This document shows positions 24,577-36,704 of a stretch of 64,000 nt of DNA, piece after piece. A program made the position numbers and the translations under genes. The notes under the pieces were generated by a model. It ran no database searches and was not told the origin of the DNA. It was given only the letters and a program-made list of their open reading frames with translations. The first letter of the stretch is position 1. Each line of letters starts with the position of its first letter. Source of the stretch: Podarcis erhardii (taxonomy: Eukaryota); the NCBI GenBank assembly GCA_964252035.1, contig OZ176205.1; one strand, written 5' to 3'.

Positions 24577-24815
24577 TCTTCTTCTTTGACGATCACTCAT
24601 AGCCGAGTAAGATAGTCTTCCATAAAACACGGTTTTAACAGTGAGTCTGTAAGTGATTGTGGAGGCCAGTTCTGGATCCACACATCCTTCCACAGTGGGA
24701 ATATAGGTTTCCAGGCAGGAGTTGATTATGGTGAGGGTTTGCCAAATGTGCCTTCCTCTTAGCATGTTTCTCCCTTTTGTCCTCCCTGTCTGTGGTCTTC
24801 TCTGAGCAGTGATGA
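24577..24815 (-). mobile_element. RTE-clade LINE 3' end (ORF C-terminal CCHH-like motif plus (GAA)n tail), antisense
   Basis: Minus-strand peptide KRKAHLANPHHNQLLPGNLYSHCGRMCGSRTGLHNHLQTH fits the RTE C-terminus CxxCGRxCxSRIGLxSH. Tail reads tcttcttcttt on the plus strand. Confidence 0.75.
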
Positions 24816-25685
24816 AACATGAAGAGACTAGCTTGAGGTTGGTGGTGATAAGAAATGAAAGGGGAAGATTAAAAGTTCAGTTTCCACTCTGGTTGCCCTC
24901 AAATAAATGGAATCACAGGTTCAACTCACATGATACTTTTCTTCTGCACACAAGCAAACTCTTCTGTCCCTGGGATCATACTCATTTGGTAGGATTTTGT
25001 GTGCAAATCCTAAGCAATTTACATGCATGGTTGTATAGATTAACCTCAACATAAACTGAGCAGTATATAAATAAGCATCTCCAGCCGTTTCCTTAGTTGT
25101 GGTGGTTGAATAGGGCCTACCACTATTGTACAAATTATTGCCAGTTGTCCCTATCCATTCCTGCTTAATGACAGCTGCAGATTGTTCACATGTAGGAGCA
25201 ACATCCTGCAAGCAGGGAGATAAAGGGAGTAACAGGGCAATTGTTTCTCTGCTGGGATAAGTCTCTTGTGAATATGCGTTTCCTGACCACTGGTCTCAGA
25301 TGAAGCTGAGCTTTGATCTTAATGCTTCTCTTTCCTCTGCCACTTTGCTGAGTGATCCTGCAGACAGCATCCCCTGGGGCTAATGGCCTGGCTTTGAAGG
25401 ATGGGTTGGTTGTGTTTCACACCTTGCCTCTGAACTTCCATGTTGGAGGAGTGGCAATCCAGCTCCTTTGTGGATATAACTAAGCACAACTAAAGGAAAA
25501 TTGATTTGAGCTGTGTTATTACCTCTAACCCCCATTCCTCTCCTCCTTCCTCTCTTCCCCCTTCTGTTCTGTCATCTTAGTGCAAGTGTTGGGAATTAGA
25601 AGACTGCTAAATATGTTGTTGTTCTTGTTGTTAATTACATTTGTATACTGCCCTGTACCTGTTCACAAGTTGAAATAGTTCACTG

Positions 25686-25803
25686 CAGAGGTAGGGAACC
25701 TGTGCTGCTGGATTACAGCTCCCATCATCCCTGAGCATTGGCGATGCTGGCTGGGGCTGATGAGTCCAGCAACATCTGGCTGGCCACAAATCCCCTACCC
25801 ATA
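25686..25803. mobile_element. Family H hAT-type MITE
   Basis: cagaggtagggaacctgtg...ctcccatcatccctga...atgctggctggggctgatg...ccagcaacatctgg. Confidence 0.65.
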
Positions 25804-27092
25804 GTATAGTGTCATGTGTTCAGCTGGAGGCAAAAATGGCAGAGAGCAGCATGTCTGAGAAGGGGTTCATGTTTACTCAATCTGATTTGTTTTATGTATA
25901 AATGTTTCGCTTTCAGTACATGGCCTACCTGTGCTCAGGAAAAAAAATACAAGGTTTTGTTGCAAGCCCATGTAATAATTCTAGGAGGCCAATTCCAATT
26001 AATATGATTAGTCCCCTGGAATAGGATTCCTCAAAGTGGGACTTTGGATGCCATATTAGTGATGTTGGGAAGCACAGTGGATGAGAGCAGGTTGTGTTGG
26101 ATAGGCTTTAGTCACTGCACAGCAGGATAGGGTGGAGGAATTTGGGAACATTTAGCTGCTTTTGTTCATTCTTCTACAGTTAGACACATTTCTCGGAGGC
26201 AGGCAAACTTTCCTTCTCTCAAATAGTTAAGCACCACAACCAAATTTGAAAAGGGAATCTCAAAAAGTGACTTGGAAAGCTAATGTGGTCACAAGGAATC
26301 AATTTGTGCGCGTTCTGCTGGCTTTTGCAATTGCAGCCTGGTAATATGAGACGGTGTGTACGTGTGTTAATGCTTTGTTCTGCCATTCTGCTGTGATAGC
26401 AGGATTGCTGCAAGGGAGGGTCATGCAGACACAGCAGTGCCTTCATTGGGTGGGCTTGACCTCAACAATGAGGAAAGCAGCGATAGCCAATGATGCTGGC
26501 AGCAGTCTCGTTTTGGAACTCATGGCTTCAGGAAATTGAATCCTTTTGGGAATTTTCTCATGGAAAACATTTGAAGTGTGTTCTGGCTTTCAGCGCTGGA
26601 AAGATATTAGAACTGCCTTTCATGTGGCAAGACCACTTCTCAGCTGCCTTCTTTCGGGCAAAGATGTCAGGAAGGGCACTCTGTTTTTGAGACCCCGCAC
26701 AGCTGCAGGTGGGTTGGTGGTTGTTGTTGTTTTAATGCATTGCTGATTCATCTCCAGATTTGTGTCATCTTTGTTGATGGAGGGCATCACCCATTACTCA
26801 TTACTGCTGCTCAAAAACCAGCAATGTGAGGTGAACCTCAAAAAGTGTTGGGAAGCTTGTTTGTTGAAGCATTTGAGAATGCATTTGTTGTGCTGAACCT
26901 GATACATTTTGAGTATGATATAACTCAGAATTGAAGACTATGGACATTTAAACTCTCCTGCACATGATATGTCATTAACTTGAGAGAGACTTTGCTGCCC
27001 TTCCTCATGAAGACTCCGCAGGACTGCATTCCAATTAAAGAAATTTCAGTTGATTTAATTATATGAGTTGATTCGTTGATTGATCTATAGAC

Positions 27093-27208
27093 CAAGGATG
27101 GAGAACCAGATAGTGTTGGGTTACAGCTCCTTTCATCTGTCACTATTGGTCATGCTGAATGGGACTGATGGGCCTTGGAGTTGAAGGGCCACTGGTTCCC
27201 CACCCCTG
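27093..27208. mobile_element. Family H hAT-type MITE with 8-bp TSD
   Basis: Flanks ctatagac (27085-92) and ctatagat (27209-16) match 7/8. Right end ggttccccacccctg. Confidence 0.75.
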
Positions 27209-27760
27209 CTATAGATTAAATTTGCATATGGTTAAAAATAGCATGTTTGAAATTAGAAGCATAACTTCCTTTGGGCTATATCCAATGAAGTTGTACCATT
27301 AGCTTAAGAATTTCCACCTGTGCCATGGTATTTTGTATCCCCACCCCAGTTTGCTCCAAAGGGTGGGGTATCTTTAGAACAGATGAGGCGGGGAGGTGAG
27401 GAGAGGAGATTTGCGTGCACAAAGGAGAAGTCATTATGCTAATGGAATAACGTTGTTGGATATATCCCCCTTTCTAAAGTAGTGCATAGATGTGCCTTGG
27501 GAGAGGCATTCTCTCTCATGTGAGGGATAAGGGGGGTGCCTCATTTAAGATGTAACATTTGTGATGGATATATTAGTATTTAAACATCTGTAGATGGTTT
27601 AAGCTGGGGGTTCCTTTTTAGCCAAATAAATGCTTCGGAAGGGATTAATTAGATGAACTGATTGGCTGTACTGCTGCTGCAAGGAACACCCAACTGCTGC
27701 AGCAAAGGAAGGTGACAAAACCAGCCCTCATTTGGCATCATTTTTTTCCTGCCTTTAGGA

Positions 27761-28190
27761 CAGGGAGACCTAACTTTTCATACCCAGTTGGCCTCAAAAG
27801 TGCTTGGACATTGAACCCACAGGCCACACACTGCCTTGTCACTTGGGGCAGGGGATTGAGGCCAAAAATTCACGCCTCCCCCTGCCCTCACACTGCCATG
27901 CTAGGTAAGTAAGGCCCTGGACTTTGGAAAGGATGCTCTGGCAGTGTCCTAGAGCCCTCTCACCTCCTTCCCAAAGCTGAGAAAGCACTGACTAGGCTTT
28001 GGGAAGGAGGAGGGAGGACTCTGACCCTGTCAGAGCCCTCACAGCTCCTTCGCTAAAGCCAGCACCTCACTTACCTGGCTATTGGAAGGAAGTGTGAAGG
28101 TTTGGAGGAGGCATCAAGTGTTGCTGAGGGCCACCCAAAAAGGCCTCGAGGGCCGCATGTGGCCCTTGGGCCATGTGTTGGACCACCCTG
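27761..28190. mobile_element. hAT (Charlie-like) non-autonomous element, 430 bp
   Basis: Perfect 8-bp TSD ctttagga (27753-60 and 28191-98). TIR cagggagacctaac / cagggtggtccaac matches 10/14. Charlie-like subterminal gggccgcatgtggccc. Confidence 0.85.
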
Positions 28191-28418
28191 CTTTAGGAGA
28201 ACATCAGTTGCCAGCCATGGGGGACAGGGACAAAACCAGCTGTCCAGTTTTTCAACGTCAATAATTTCCCATATGTTGATTTTAAATGTTTGTTATTTTT
28301 TGTTATTATTCTATTTACTTCATTTATGAATTGCTTCCAATGAGGCATTCTGAAGCAATTTACACTACAATAAAAACATAAACAGAACAACTGCATATAC
28401 AGAAATAGCTAAAACAAT

Positions 28419-28440
28419 ACACACACACACACACACACAC
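28419..28440. repeat. (AC)11 microsatellite abutting a MITE
   Basis: Direct reading. Confidence 0.9.
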
Positions 28441-28685
28441 AGAGTCATACCTCGGGTTACAGACGCTACAGGTTGCACATTTTCGGGTTGTGTATTGCGC
28501 CAAACCTGGAAGTACCAGAACGGGTTACTTCCGTGTTTTGGTGCTCGCGCATGCACAGAAGCGCTAAATCGCGCTTTGCGCATGCGCAGAAGTGCTGAAT
28601 CGTGACCTGTGCATGGACAGACACGGTGCTTCGGGTTCGAATGTGCCTCCCGCATAGATCACGTTTGCAACCCAAGCGTCCACTG
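28440..28685. mobile_element. Tc1/mariner-type MITE, family B (~245 bp)
   Basis: Right end gcaacccaagcgtccactg followed by (TA)n. Left end cagagtcatacctcgggttac resembles the cagt(c/g)gtacctcgggtt TIR class. Internal gggtt(a/g) repeats. Confidence 0.75.
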
Positions 28686-29028
28686 TATATATATATATCT
28701 ATCAGAAAGCAAAGTCCCCACCGGAACACCTATATTCAAAGCAGTGATGTTCCCTGCAGGTGCTGCGTTATGAAATAAAAGACATAGAATCATGCCAGAT
28801 AGGGCTGTAATTTTCTTAATTAAGGGAGAATACTGTCATAACCTAGATGACTGGCTGTTGTAATTTCTCCATGGTATTTCAGGAAGCCTAAGTATTTAAG
28901 AGCACAACTTCAGAAAAACCTATCTATGCCACAAAACACTGTAAATCAAAAAGCTCAATGTTGTGGAATCAAAGCTGAACAGGAAGCACTAGGTTCTGTC
29001 TGTCTGAATAGAACCTGAACATTGTAGT

Positions 29029-29031
<3 letters not shown>

Positions 29032-29073
<42 letters not shown>
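29032..29073. repeat. (TC)21 microsatellite
   Basis: Direct reading. Confidence 0.95.
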
Positions 29074-29075
<2 letters not shown>

Positions 29076-29344
29076 GCAACAGCCCACCTTTATAAAATAA
29101 TGAATTTACAGCATTTCTTGGTATGTATCAGATTAATCTGGATTACTTTGTCTCCAGTGGCTGAAGAAACCTGTTCTGAACCAGCAAAACTTGCCACAAG
29201 TTTCTCATCTGCAGCCTTCAGCGAGAAGGTCTGAATCTGATGCTCTCCTTGGTACACTTACACTGGTCTTCAAGCTGGATGAGCCGTTGAGAAACATAAG
29301 CAGCCAATCAGTCAGTTGGTCCTTCTTGCTCATATAGTCTGTCT

Positions 29345-29465
29345 GGCAATAGTGCTTCAGAAAGGAATCTTTCACAACCCTATCTGGATATGTCTGGGAT
29401 TGAACCTGGCCCTGTAAACTTTTACGTGCTAAGATTGTGCCCTACCTCTGCGCTACACCCCTTTT
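29345..29465 (-). mobile_element. tRNA-derived SINE 5' part, antisense, degenerate
   Basis: Reversed B box gggattgaacctgg and reversed head ctgcgctacacccc. Confidence 0.5.
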
Positions 29466-29724
29466 AAAATTGCAACGCCATTATAATAGAAGGAACTTTA
29501 TTATTACAGCTGGGGTTTTCCCACATGGAAACTAGCATAGGAAATATATGACATGGTGGGGGGAATCCCTGCATTATTTAGTAAAGAGAGAATGCTGATA
29601 TAGCTGTATCAGCTCTTGTTCTTGGATTCTGATGTATCTGTTATATTAGCAACTCTGGTTCAACCTCACCTCAATCTGGGAGGGTCTTGCCAGTTGTTAG
29701 AATAGAAAGTTGTAGGTCAAATGT

Positions 29725-29850
29725 ATGGGGTGGGGAACCTGTGACCTTCCATATGTTGTTGGACTCCAATATCTATCAGCCCTAGCCTGCATGGTGAATG
29801 GTCAAGAATGAGGGGAGCTGTAGGCCAGCAATATCTGTAGTCCAGCCTTC
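29725..29850. mobile_element. Family H hAT-type MITE
   Basis: ggggtggggaacctgtgaccttccatatgttgttggact...gctgtaggccagcaatatctg. Confidence 0.6.
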
Positions 29851-31119
29851 AGACGCAGAAGGTTGCAGAGTTTTGAGTGGCTCCAAAAAACATTTGTAAG
29901 GTTGCTGCTGCTTAGAATGTCCTATTGAAGGAAATATCTGTGAGCTGCATCGCTTAGAAAGCATTTGGGAGAGACTGGATTAAATTCTTTTGGAGCGGTT
30001 GTCTGCCAGTGTGTCTGACTGCATGTTATAACAGCAACACTCCTTTAAAATCAAAGACTGGGTCAGCTGCTCTCTGCTAAGCACATTACCAGAAGAGGAA
30101 AGTAGACAAAAGTCACTTGCCTTGATGGCAACCACAACTACTTAGTCTGCAAGCCTGTGCAAGTCCAGACATTAGAGTTTTATTCTTCGCATTGGGTGTG
30201 GTTTAATAGACGCCCATGCAGGGCTGTGCCTCAAGCAAGAAGAATAGCCAGCTATTTTAGTTAGTTAATTCTCAGAGATAGATGGGAATGTGAGGGGAAT
30301 GTGAGGTATTTGGGAACCTTATCGGTTTCCAAGAGTAATACACTAAATGCGAGTTGAGAAGCCTGCTTTGAGAAAGAAGTTTTTCCTAAAGATGTGAACA
30401 GCCAGGCAGTCTGGAAAATGTCCTTGAACAGAGGACAGCTGAGGAATAGAGGCAAGGAGGTGCCAGAGGTTCCTCATCCCTCCTGTAGATTTTGGGTGCA
30501 ACAAACAGCCTGTTCTTTTTTCTTTTTTTAAGCTGTTAGAGTCAGGGGTGATGGGGTTGAACATGTATCGTGTGCCCAGGTTTCCGACAACAATTACTGT
30601 AGGCTAGTTCCATCTTGGAAATGATTGGTGCCTGCTGTTTTAAGTGAGCTGCTTTGGGAATGCATATGCCAGGAGCAATCCTGGAAGTTCTCCCCCACCA
30701 CTGTCAGAGAAAGAGTGTGGAAGACTTATGTGCAAGAAGGAGTTGGGTAGAGAAGGGGAGCACCAGTTGGGGACCAGTGGTGGCTTGCTTTTGCCTTGAG
30801 TAGCTGAGACTGGCGCTATATCTAGGGCTTCATTTGTGCCAGGGTTTAGCCCAGTGCCAGAGCTGGGTTTTGGAAAGTGTGTGAAGTAATGCTAAGTAGT
30901 GGCTGTGAGCAGTTTCCCTTCACTGCCCATCCACCCCACTCTCCACCACCTACATGTGCACCAATCTTCATGTATCTTTCCTTTCAAAAGACGATTCAAG
31001 GACGCTGGCTGCCTGCAGTTGGAGGAATGGGAGGAAGTTGCTTATTAAACCTAAACTCCCCCTCATTCTGCACATTTGCTGCCAAGGAGCTGGGCTTCCA
31101 CCACAGATGGTCAGGTCTT

Positions 31120-31203
31120 CAGCTCTCTTTTTAGAAGTTGGCCACACTGTCAACATAAACCAGCTCTCTTTTTAGAAGTTGGCCACACTGTCAACATAAA
31201 CCA
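31120..31203. repeat. Perfect tandem duplication, 41-bp unit x2
   Basis: cagctctctttttagaagttggccacactgtcaacataaac occurs at 31120-60 and 31161-201. Confidence 0.95.
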
Positions 31204-31214
31204 TGAGCATCTTG

Positions 31215-31335
31215 GTAGAGCAGCCTTCAACAATCTAGTACCTTCCAGATATTATTGGATTACAACACCCAGCAGCCCCAGCAAGCATGGTCGGTGGTCA
31301 GGGATGATGGCTAACAGGTTACCCATCCCCATTGC
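31215..31335. mobile_element. Family H hAT-type MITE, internally deleted
   Basis: ccttccagatattattggattacaacacccagcagccccagcaagcatgg...cagggatgatgg...ggttacccatcccc. Confidence 0.55.
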
Positions 31336-32328
31336 ACTGATTCCTTACTGAATTGATTCCTTGCTGGTATTCTCCAGGCAGCTATGCAAGAGGAGGAAGA
31401 GGGAGTACTGGGTGAGTAAATGATAGAGGGAGGCGAGAGACAAGATGGAGAACTAGCATTTGATTTGCTGGTGTGCCCATCCGACAGTTCAGCTGTGATG
31501 ATGGGCTTCCTGTGCTATGCATCTTCTTTTTGAATTAGCATCTGTTTTTGTCATATTGGAGAACTCTTTGGGGACTCTCATAAAAGCAACAGATCCCAGG
31601 ATGTATTAAGAAAATATAGTGCCGTTAAACCGATATAGTTAATTGGGATGGGGAAAAACAATTGTAGCTGGCCTGTGTGTATTCTCAGTGGAATTACTGT
31701 ATGTGTATGAATGTTGCTGCTGCTTTGCCTTTGACAACATTATTGAACAAGGAAGACCCTCAGTTTTCTTGGTGAAACTGAAGTAACATATTTTGGTGGC
31801 AAGTAGGAGAGGATCAAGGTCTAAATATATTTCAGTGAGAAGAAAGGCTCCCCTTTCTTGCCGAGTTCTTTGAGGGTGTGGTGCAGGCCACTTGCACTTG
31901 ATCAAGGCCCATGCAAAGCTAAGCTTTGAAATTGTAAGGCTCATATGAGACACAGATGTGGCAGCTCTTGTTTTTGCACAAGATCTATGAGGCTATATCA
32001 CATTATTTTTTTAAAAAAACTGATGTCCTGTGTGATGTGCTGCAACCTGTAGGAGCTGAACCTGCTTTACATGGTATTACTACTTGACTCAGCTTCTCAC
32101 GCTCAGCTCCAATCAGAAGATAAGTTAACAAAGATCCACGTTGGTGTTTAAGCCATAGTAATTACCACCACTCTACTGCATTTATATCACTGTAGTACGC
32201 AGGGAGAGCTAATTATTGCATATTAAAAGCACTGTCCCTGTAATGTAGCATATGTTTTCCTTTGTTTCACATGGCTTTTCAACCTTTGATGATAATACTA
32301 ATAAAAATACTTAATATTTACTTTAGGA

Positions 32329-32464
32329 CAAGGGTGGGGAACGTGTGGCTCTCCAGATATCGTTGGACTCCCAACTGCTTAAGCCAGCATGGCTGATGGT
32401 TAAGGATGATGTGAGCAGTAGTCCAACAACGCCTGGAAGAGCACAGCCCCCCCAGCCTCCCCTG
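32329..32464. mobile_element. Family H hAT-type MITE
   Basis: caagggtggggaacgtgtggctctccagatatcgttggact...agtagtccaacaacgcctgga. Confidence 0.65.
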
Positions 32465-33337
32465 CTTTCAAGTGCTTGAGCTGTTTCATGTACATTAGCT
32501 TAGTATTCCTTACAAGAGCATTGTAAAGTAGGCCAGTGTAATTATTCCCATTTTGCAGATGTGGGTGGATGGAGCTGAGACTTGGACTACATATTATCTT
32601 GACAAATACATATTTCCAAGGTCATGTTTTCTGAGGTAATGTGGGGGTAGAGATAGCATTTGCATGGGGTGTTTCGATAGGAGAGAGTGCTGCTTCCCTG
32701 ATTAAGTCTTACAGGATTCCCTGCCCCCTAAATCAGGCTTGTTTCTGGTTTTGGACCCTGGGCAACTGCCTAATAGGGACTGATGAATTATTATCAGGTA
32801 GTATCTATAGTGGGAGGCCTGACTAACAGCAGGTTCAAATACTTACGGAACCTTCTTTGACTCTACTGAAGATGTCAGCATGGCAGAATCATCTCCATGA
32901 TAGCAATAGTTGGAAATTGCTGTAGGATGCCTTTGCTGAATTGGTATGCTTGCTTCCATCTTTTAGAGGCTGCTCCCCTTCAAAGGAGGACAGTTGGGAA
33001 GGGAGGCAACAGAATGGGATGGGGTGAGAGAGCAGAACTTACATGTTCAGCAAAACAACAACAACATATGATAAAATTATTTCTCTACTGTAAGCACTTC
33101 AAGCTCAAGCAGCATGACCAAATGCTCCCACATGTAAAAACAAAAACCTCTTCTACACAGAAAAATATATCACCACATTTCCTGATGCCAAACTGCATGC
33201 AGTACCCCTTGTTTTAAAAGTGTAGGAGTATTTTTTACATGAGGAAACCATAACACATTAATAGGACACCCCTTCCCCCAGTATGAAATGGTACAGTCTC
33301 TGAAAGATCACCTGGTTTTGCTGAGTGTATAGATTAA

Positions 33338-33633
33338 CCAGTCTTCATTTTGTGCCACTTTTCTAGGCACAAGTATGGGCTTTTTTAAGCTCTGTGTCTG
33401 AGTGTGTGGTGGTTTTTTTGTGTGCAGGCACTTTCCCTGGGGAACCCGTGTCTTACTGCTGAATCAGAACAAATCGCAATCTTGTTTTCTGCAGATTGTC
33501 TTTTGCTATGATTCAGCAGTAAAATGAGGGTTTTCCCAGGGAAAGTGCCAGGACGGGTAGAAAAACCCACTTGGACACGCAGCTTTAAAGTGCAGATGTG
33601 TGTTTGGAAAGTGTGGCACAAAATGAAGTCTGG
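33338..33633. mobile_element. ~295-bp fold-back (near-fully palindromic) element
   Basis: Outer 21-mers ccag(t/a)cttcattttgtgccac match 20/21 as inverted repeats. Inner inverted blocks ggcactttccctggg(g/a)aaccc and ttactgctgaatca. Short central loop near 33481-92. Confidence 0.8.
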
Positions 33634-35777
33634 ATGAGCCCTATGTCTGGCTCTGAATGGAAAGAACAGGATGGAGAGGATTTGTGCCATATTACCGGGG
33701 AAGGAAATGGCTGGACAATGTTTTCAGGCAGACAGGCAACATGATGAACATTTGGGGGTATTTTGCAAGAAGTTGGAGGCTGTTCTCACTATTTGGGTTC
33801 CTTCATTCGTCATCGCTCTCCCACCGCCACCCCAGCTAGCCAGACCCCCTTGCTTCTCTTGGGCTCCATGACCTCCAGAGATGTCAGCAGCTGTTCCTTG
33901 GGGAGGGGGGAGAGAGAATTATCACTCAGTGCCAGCCTGTTACTTTGGGGAGTGGCCACATTGTTGCTGCTGCTAATCAAGGCCACACAAGGGTGTGTGG
34001 AAGAGGCCGACTCCCAGATGCTCAGGATGCTTTGAGGCAGGCCTATTTATAGCAATTTTCTGCGTAGGACTGGAAAGGAACCTCCTGAAACCCTGGAAGG
34101 AAGGGAGCCCCAGCTGCTTTGCAAAAGAGCACAGCCTGATGGAGGAGGGGAAGGGCTTTCTTTGCCTGTCAGGGTGGGTCTTGCCAAATGGTGGGCATTT
34201 CCATGTGGGTCAAAGCACCGGGCAGCAATATGGGTAGGTGTGGGATGCCTGTCGAAAAGTAAAGCTAAAATTCAATGCAAGGAATTCTCCACAGACTGGA
34301 TAACTCCCACTGTCTCTAATGCCCTTGTCCTAATCAGAACTAAATTAACCATGGCTCATCCTAAGGAAAAAGCTGAGGGGCTTTGCCATTTTAGAACCCC
34401 CATCGTCAGCACTCATCTATACAAGTTTCTAGAGCTCCCAGTTAAAGAGGGAAGCTTGGAAACGTGATCTGTGACTCCTGAAGTCTCTGAAAGTAGGAAC
34501 CTTTCTGCACCTGAGGCTTTGCTTAGTTCTCCCGCCAGGTCTCTCTTGAGTGTTGATAACAACCTGGTACCTCTGTGAGCAGAGAAAGGGCTGCTGGCTT
34601 CAAGACCTCTGCTGCTGGTTTATGCCACTTCTGGATGGTGGTTGAGTTGTAGTTGGTTGTTTATTTGCTGGTGTCAGAGAACACTTGCACTGGTCTTGTC
34701 CTATGGAGATGGGAAAATATTATGGGTGTTTTGCAGTGTTGTGCAACTGCCCTGGAGAGTGCAACCACAAAGATATATATTAGTACCGGTAAGTACGCTG
34801 TAGCAAACCCCAGAACACCTGGTGCTCTTTCTTCAGTTTCTTTACCTTAAGGGCTTAAAAGAGCATCTTGGGCAGCCTTCAGAGGATCTTTACTGGGATC
34901 TGAAGCAATACTGGGCCTGGGAGGATTCTTGCACCCACCTGTGCAAATGATGGGAAAACACAGCAATCTCCCTGTCATCACCATGCAGGGTGTGGGGCAG
35001 ACAGAAGCCTGTGAACCAGCTCTGTTGGGTCCAAGACTCACCTCTGCCACCTCCGCCTGCAGTGGCGGTGGGTGGTTTGCATCACTGTCTCGCCCTGTTT
35101 TCCTGTTTGTGAAATACAGACAGCATCAGCCTCCAGCTGTACCTTGGGACTCGGGAGGCCTTGTTAATCTTTTCAGTAAGTGTGCTGAGTGTTGCTGAGC
35201 AAAAGAAGACTGTGGTTGTGGTGGGCTTTCACACTGAGGAAAACCCTGGTCTCCGCTTGGCGTCCAGTCCAAGCAAGCATAAGCACTTGCACAAACTCTG
35301 GGGCTGCAGCTCGTTCTGTTGTAACTTGGTCGCCTTTCAACCATTGGTAGTTCAGATCCCCAAAATCTGGTGGTGGCAGAGGTGCTGCTTTCCTTCTGTG
35401 CCAGCGGTGGGGAACCTTCTCCCCCCTTCCTGTTGAGGATCAGTGGTAGACAGAGCTGGAGTAAGCATGGGTGGGGCAGAGCCAAAAAGGAGTGAGTGGG
35501 GCCACCCCTTCTCTCTCTTTCTGACACCCCCTTCTCTCTGTGTGTCTCTTTCCTTCTATCTCCTGCCTTCCCCACCCAGCGGGCTGCCAAGAGAGAAACA
35601 GATCACTCTTGACAGTGGTATGAATTGATCCCTTGCAGAGAATTCCCCCCATCTCCTTTCAGCTTCTCCCTTCCATTTCCCACTTCTTGCCTACCCTCCC
35701 TCTGGGCTCCCCCCTACCCCCCCCCCGAAATTAGACTAAGGGCTGCAGTCCCGTCCCCCGTCCCCCATGCAATTCCT

Positions 35778-35963
35778 TGGCTATAGTCTGCCTCCATTGT
35801 TGGAGGCAGTGTGCCCTTGAATGCTAGAGAATTACAAGTGGGAAAGTGATGTTGCACTCAGGTGCTGCTTACAGACTTCCCATAGGCATCTGCTCAGCCA
35901 ATGTGAGAACAGGATACTGGACTAGACAGGCCACTGGTCTTTTCAGCAGGCTCTCTTTATGTT
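35778..35963 (+). mobile_element. CR1-type 3' UTR fragment
   Basis: tggctatagtctgcctcc...ggaggcagt...gtgagaacaggatactggactagacaggccactggtc...cagcaggctctctttatgtt. Homologous to 9720-9805 and 52318. Confidence 0.65.
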
Positions 35964-36704
35964 GCCCTCAGTTCTGCAGCCACCCAGTAATATGCAGTGA
36001 ACTATCCAGAAGATTCATTTTTTTTCTTTGCTCTCTCCCTTTTCACATTCTATTCTCTTTACTTCCTGGATTGAAAGATGAAGGCTTTTGCATAAATACC
36101 TTCACAGTAAGAGCACCCGATAGGTCGTAACAGCAAAAGGAACATAGAAACATTCTGTAAAATGAGAATAATAATGACGTTTCAAAATGCTAAGTGCTGT
36201 ATTCATTAAAAGGGTTGAATATATAGTTAGTAGTTACGAAAGGTGGCTGGGTGCAGAGTTTCACCTGGCTGCTTAATTTCTAGATCTGAGGGAAGCTGAA
36301 ATGGGTGAGGTATTCAAAACCAATCCCTGACACAGCTTGGGAAAGTTAGACTTCCGTTTATTGCTCATGCTCAGGAAGTTATTACCTTATGTGCAGAGGC
36401 GCAAATTTGGTTTGGTTATTTAGGTATACGCTTAAGCTTTTAAGGTATACCTAAAAATATAAAATGTGTGAACAAGGCAAATGTGTGGATTGTACACTTG
36501 TCAGAGATCTGGGACAAGCTGGAATTCCAGGTCAGGTGTACATTCACTTGGAAATCTGGGTTTCCTGCAATGTACAGAAAGATTCTCGGAGTAATTGAAA
36601 CAAACCAAGAGTGTCTTGTGACACCTGAAAGATGGTTGATTGTGTCCAAAGCATACGTTTTGCACCCCTTCTGATGGATGTCCCATTTCTCTCTTTTTCT
36701 TCAG

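Noticed and set aside
21501-31203. CRISPR-like array from the 26-bp and 41-bp direct repeats
   Set aside because: The units are adjacent with no spacers, occur only twice, have no cas genes nearby, and the DNA is vertebrate.
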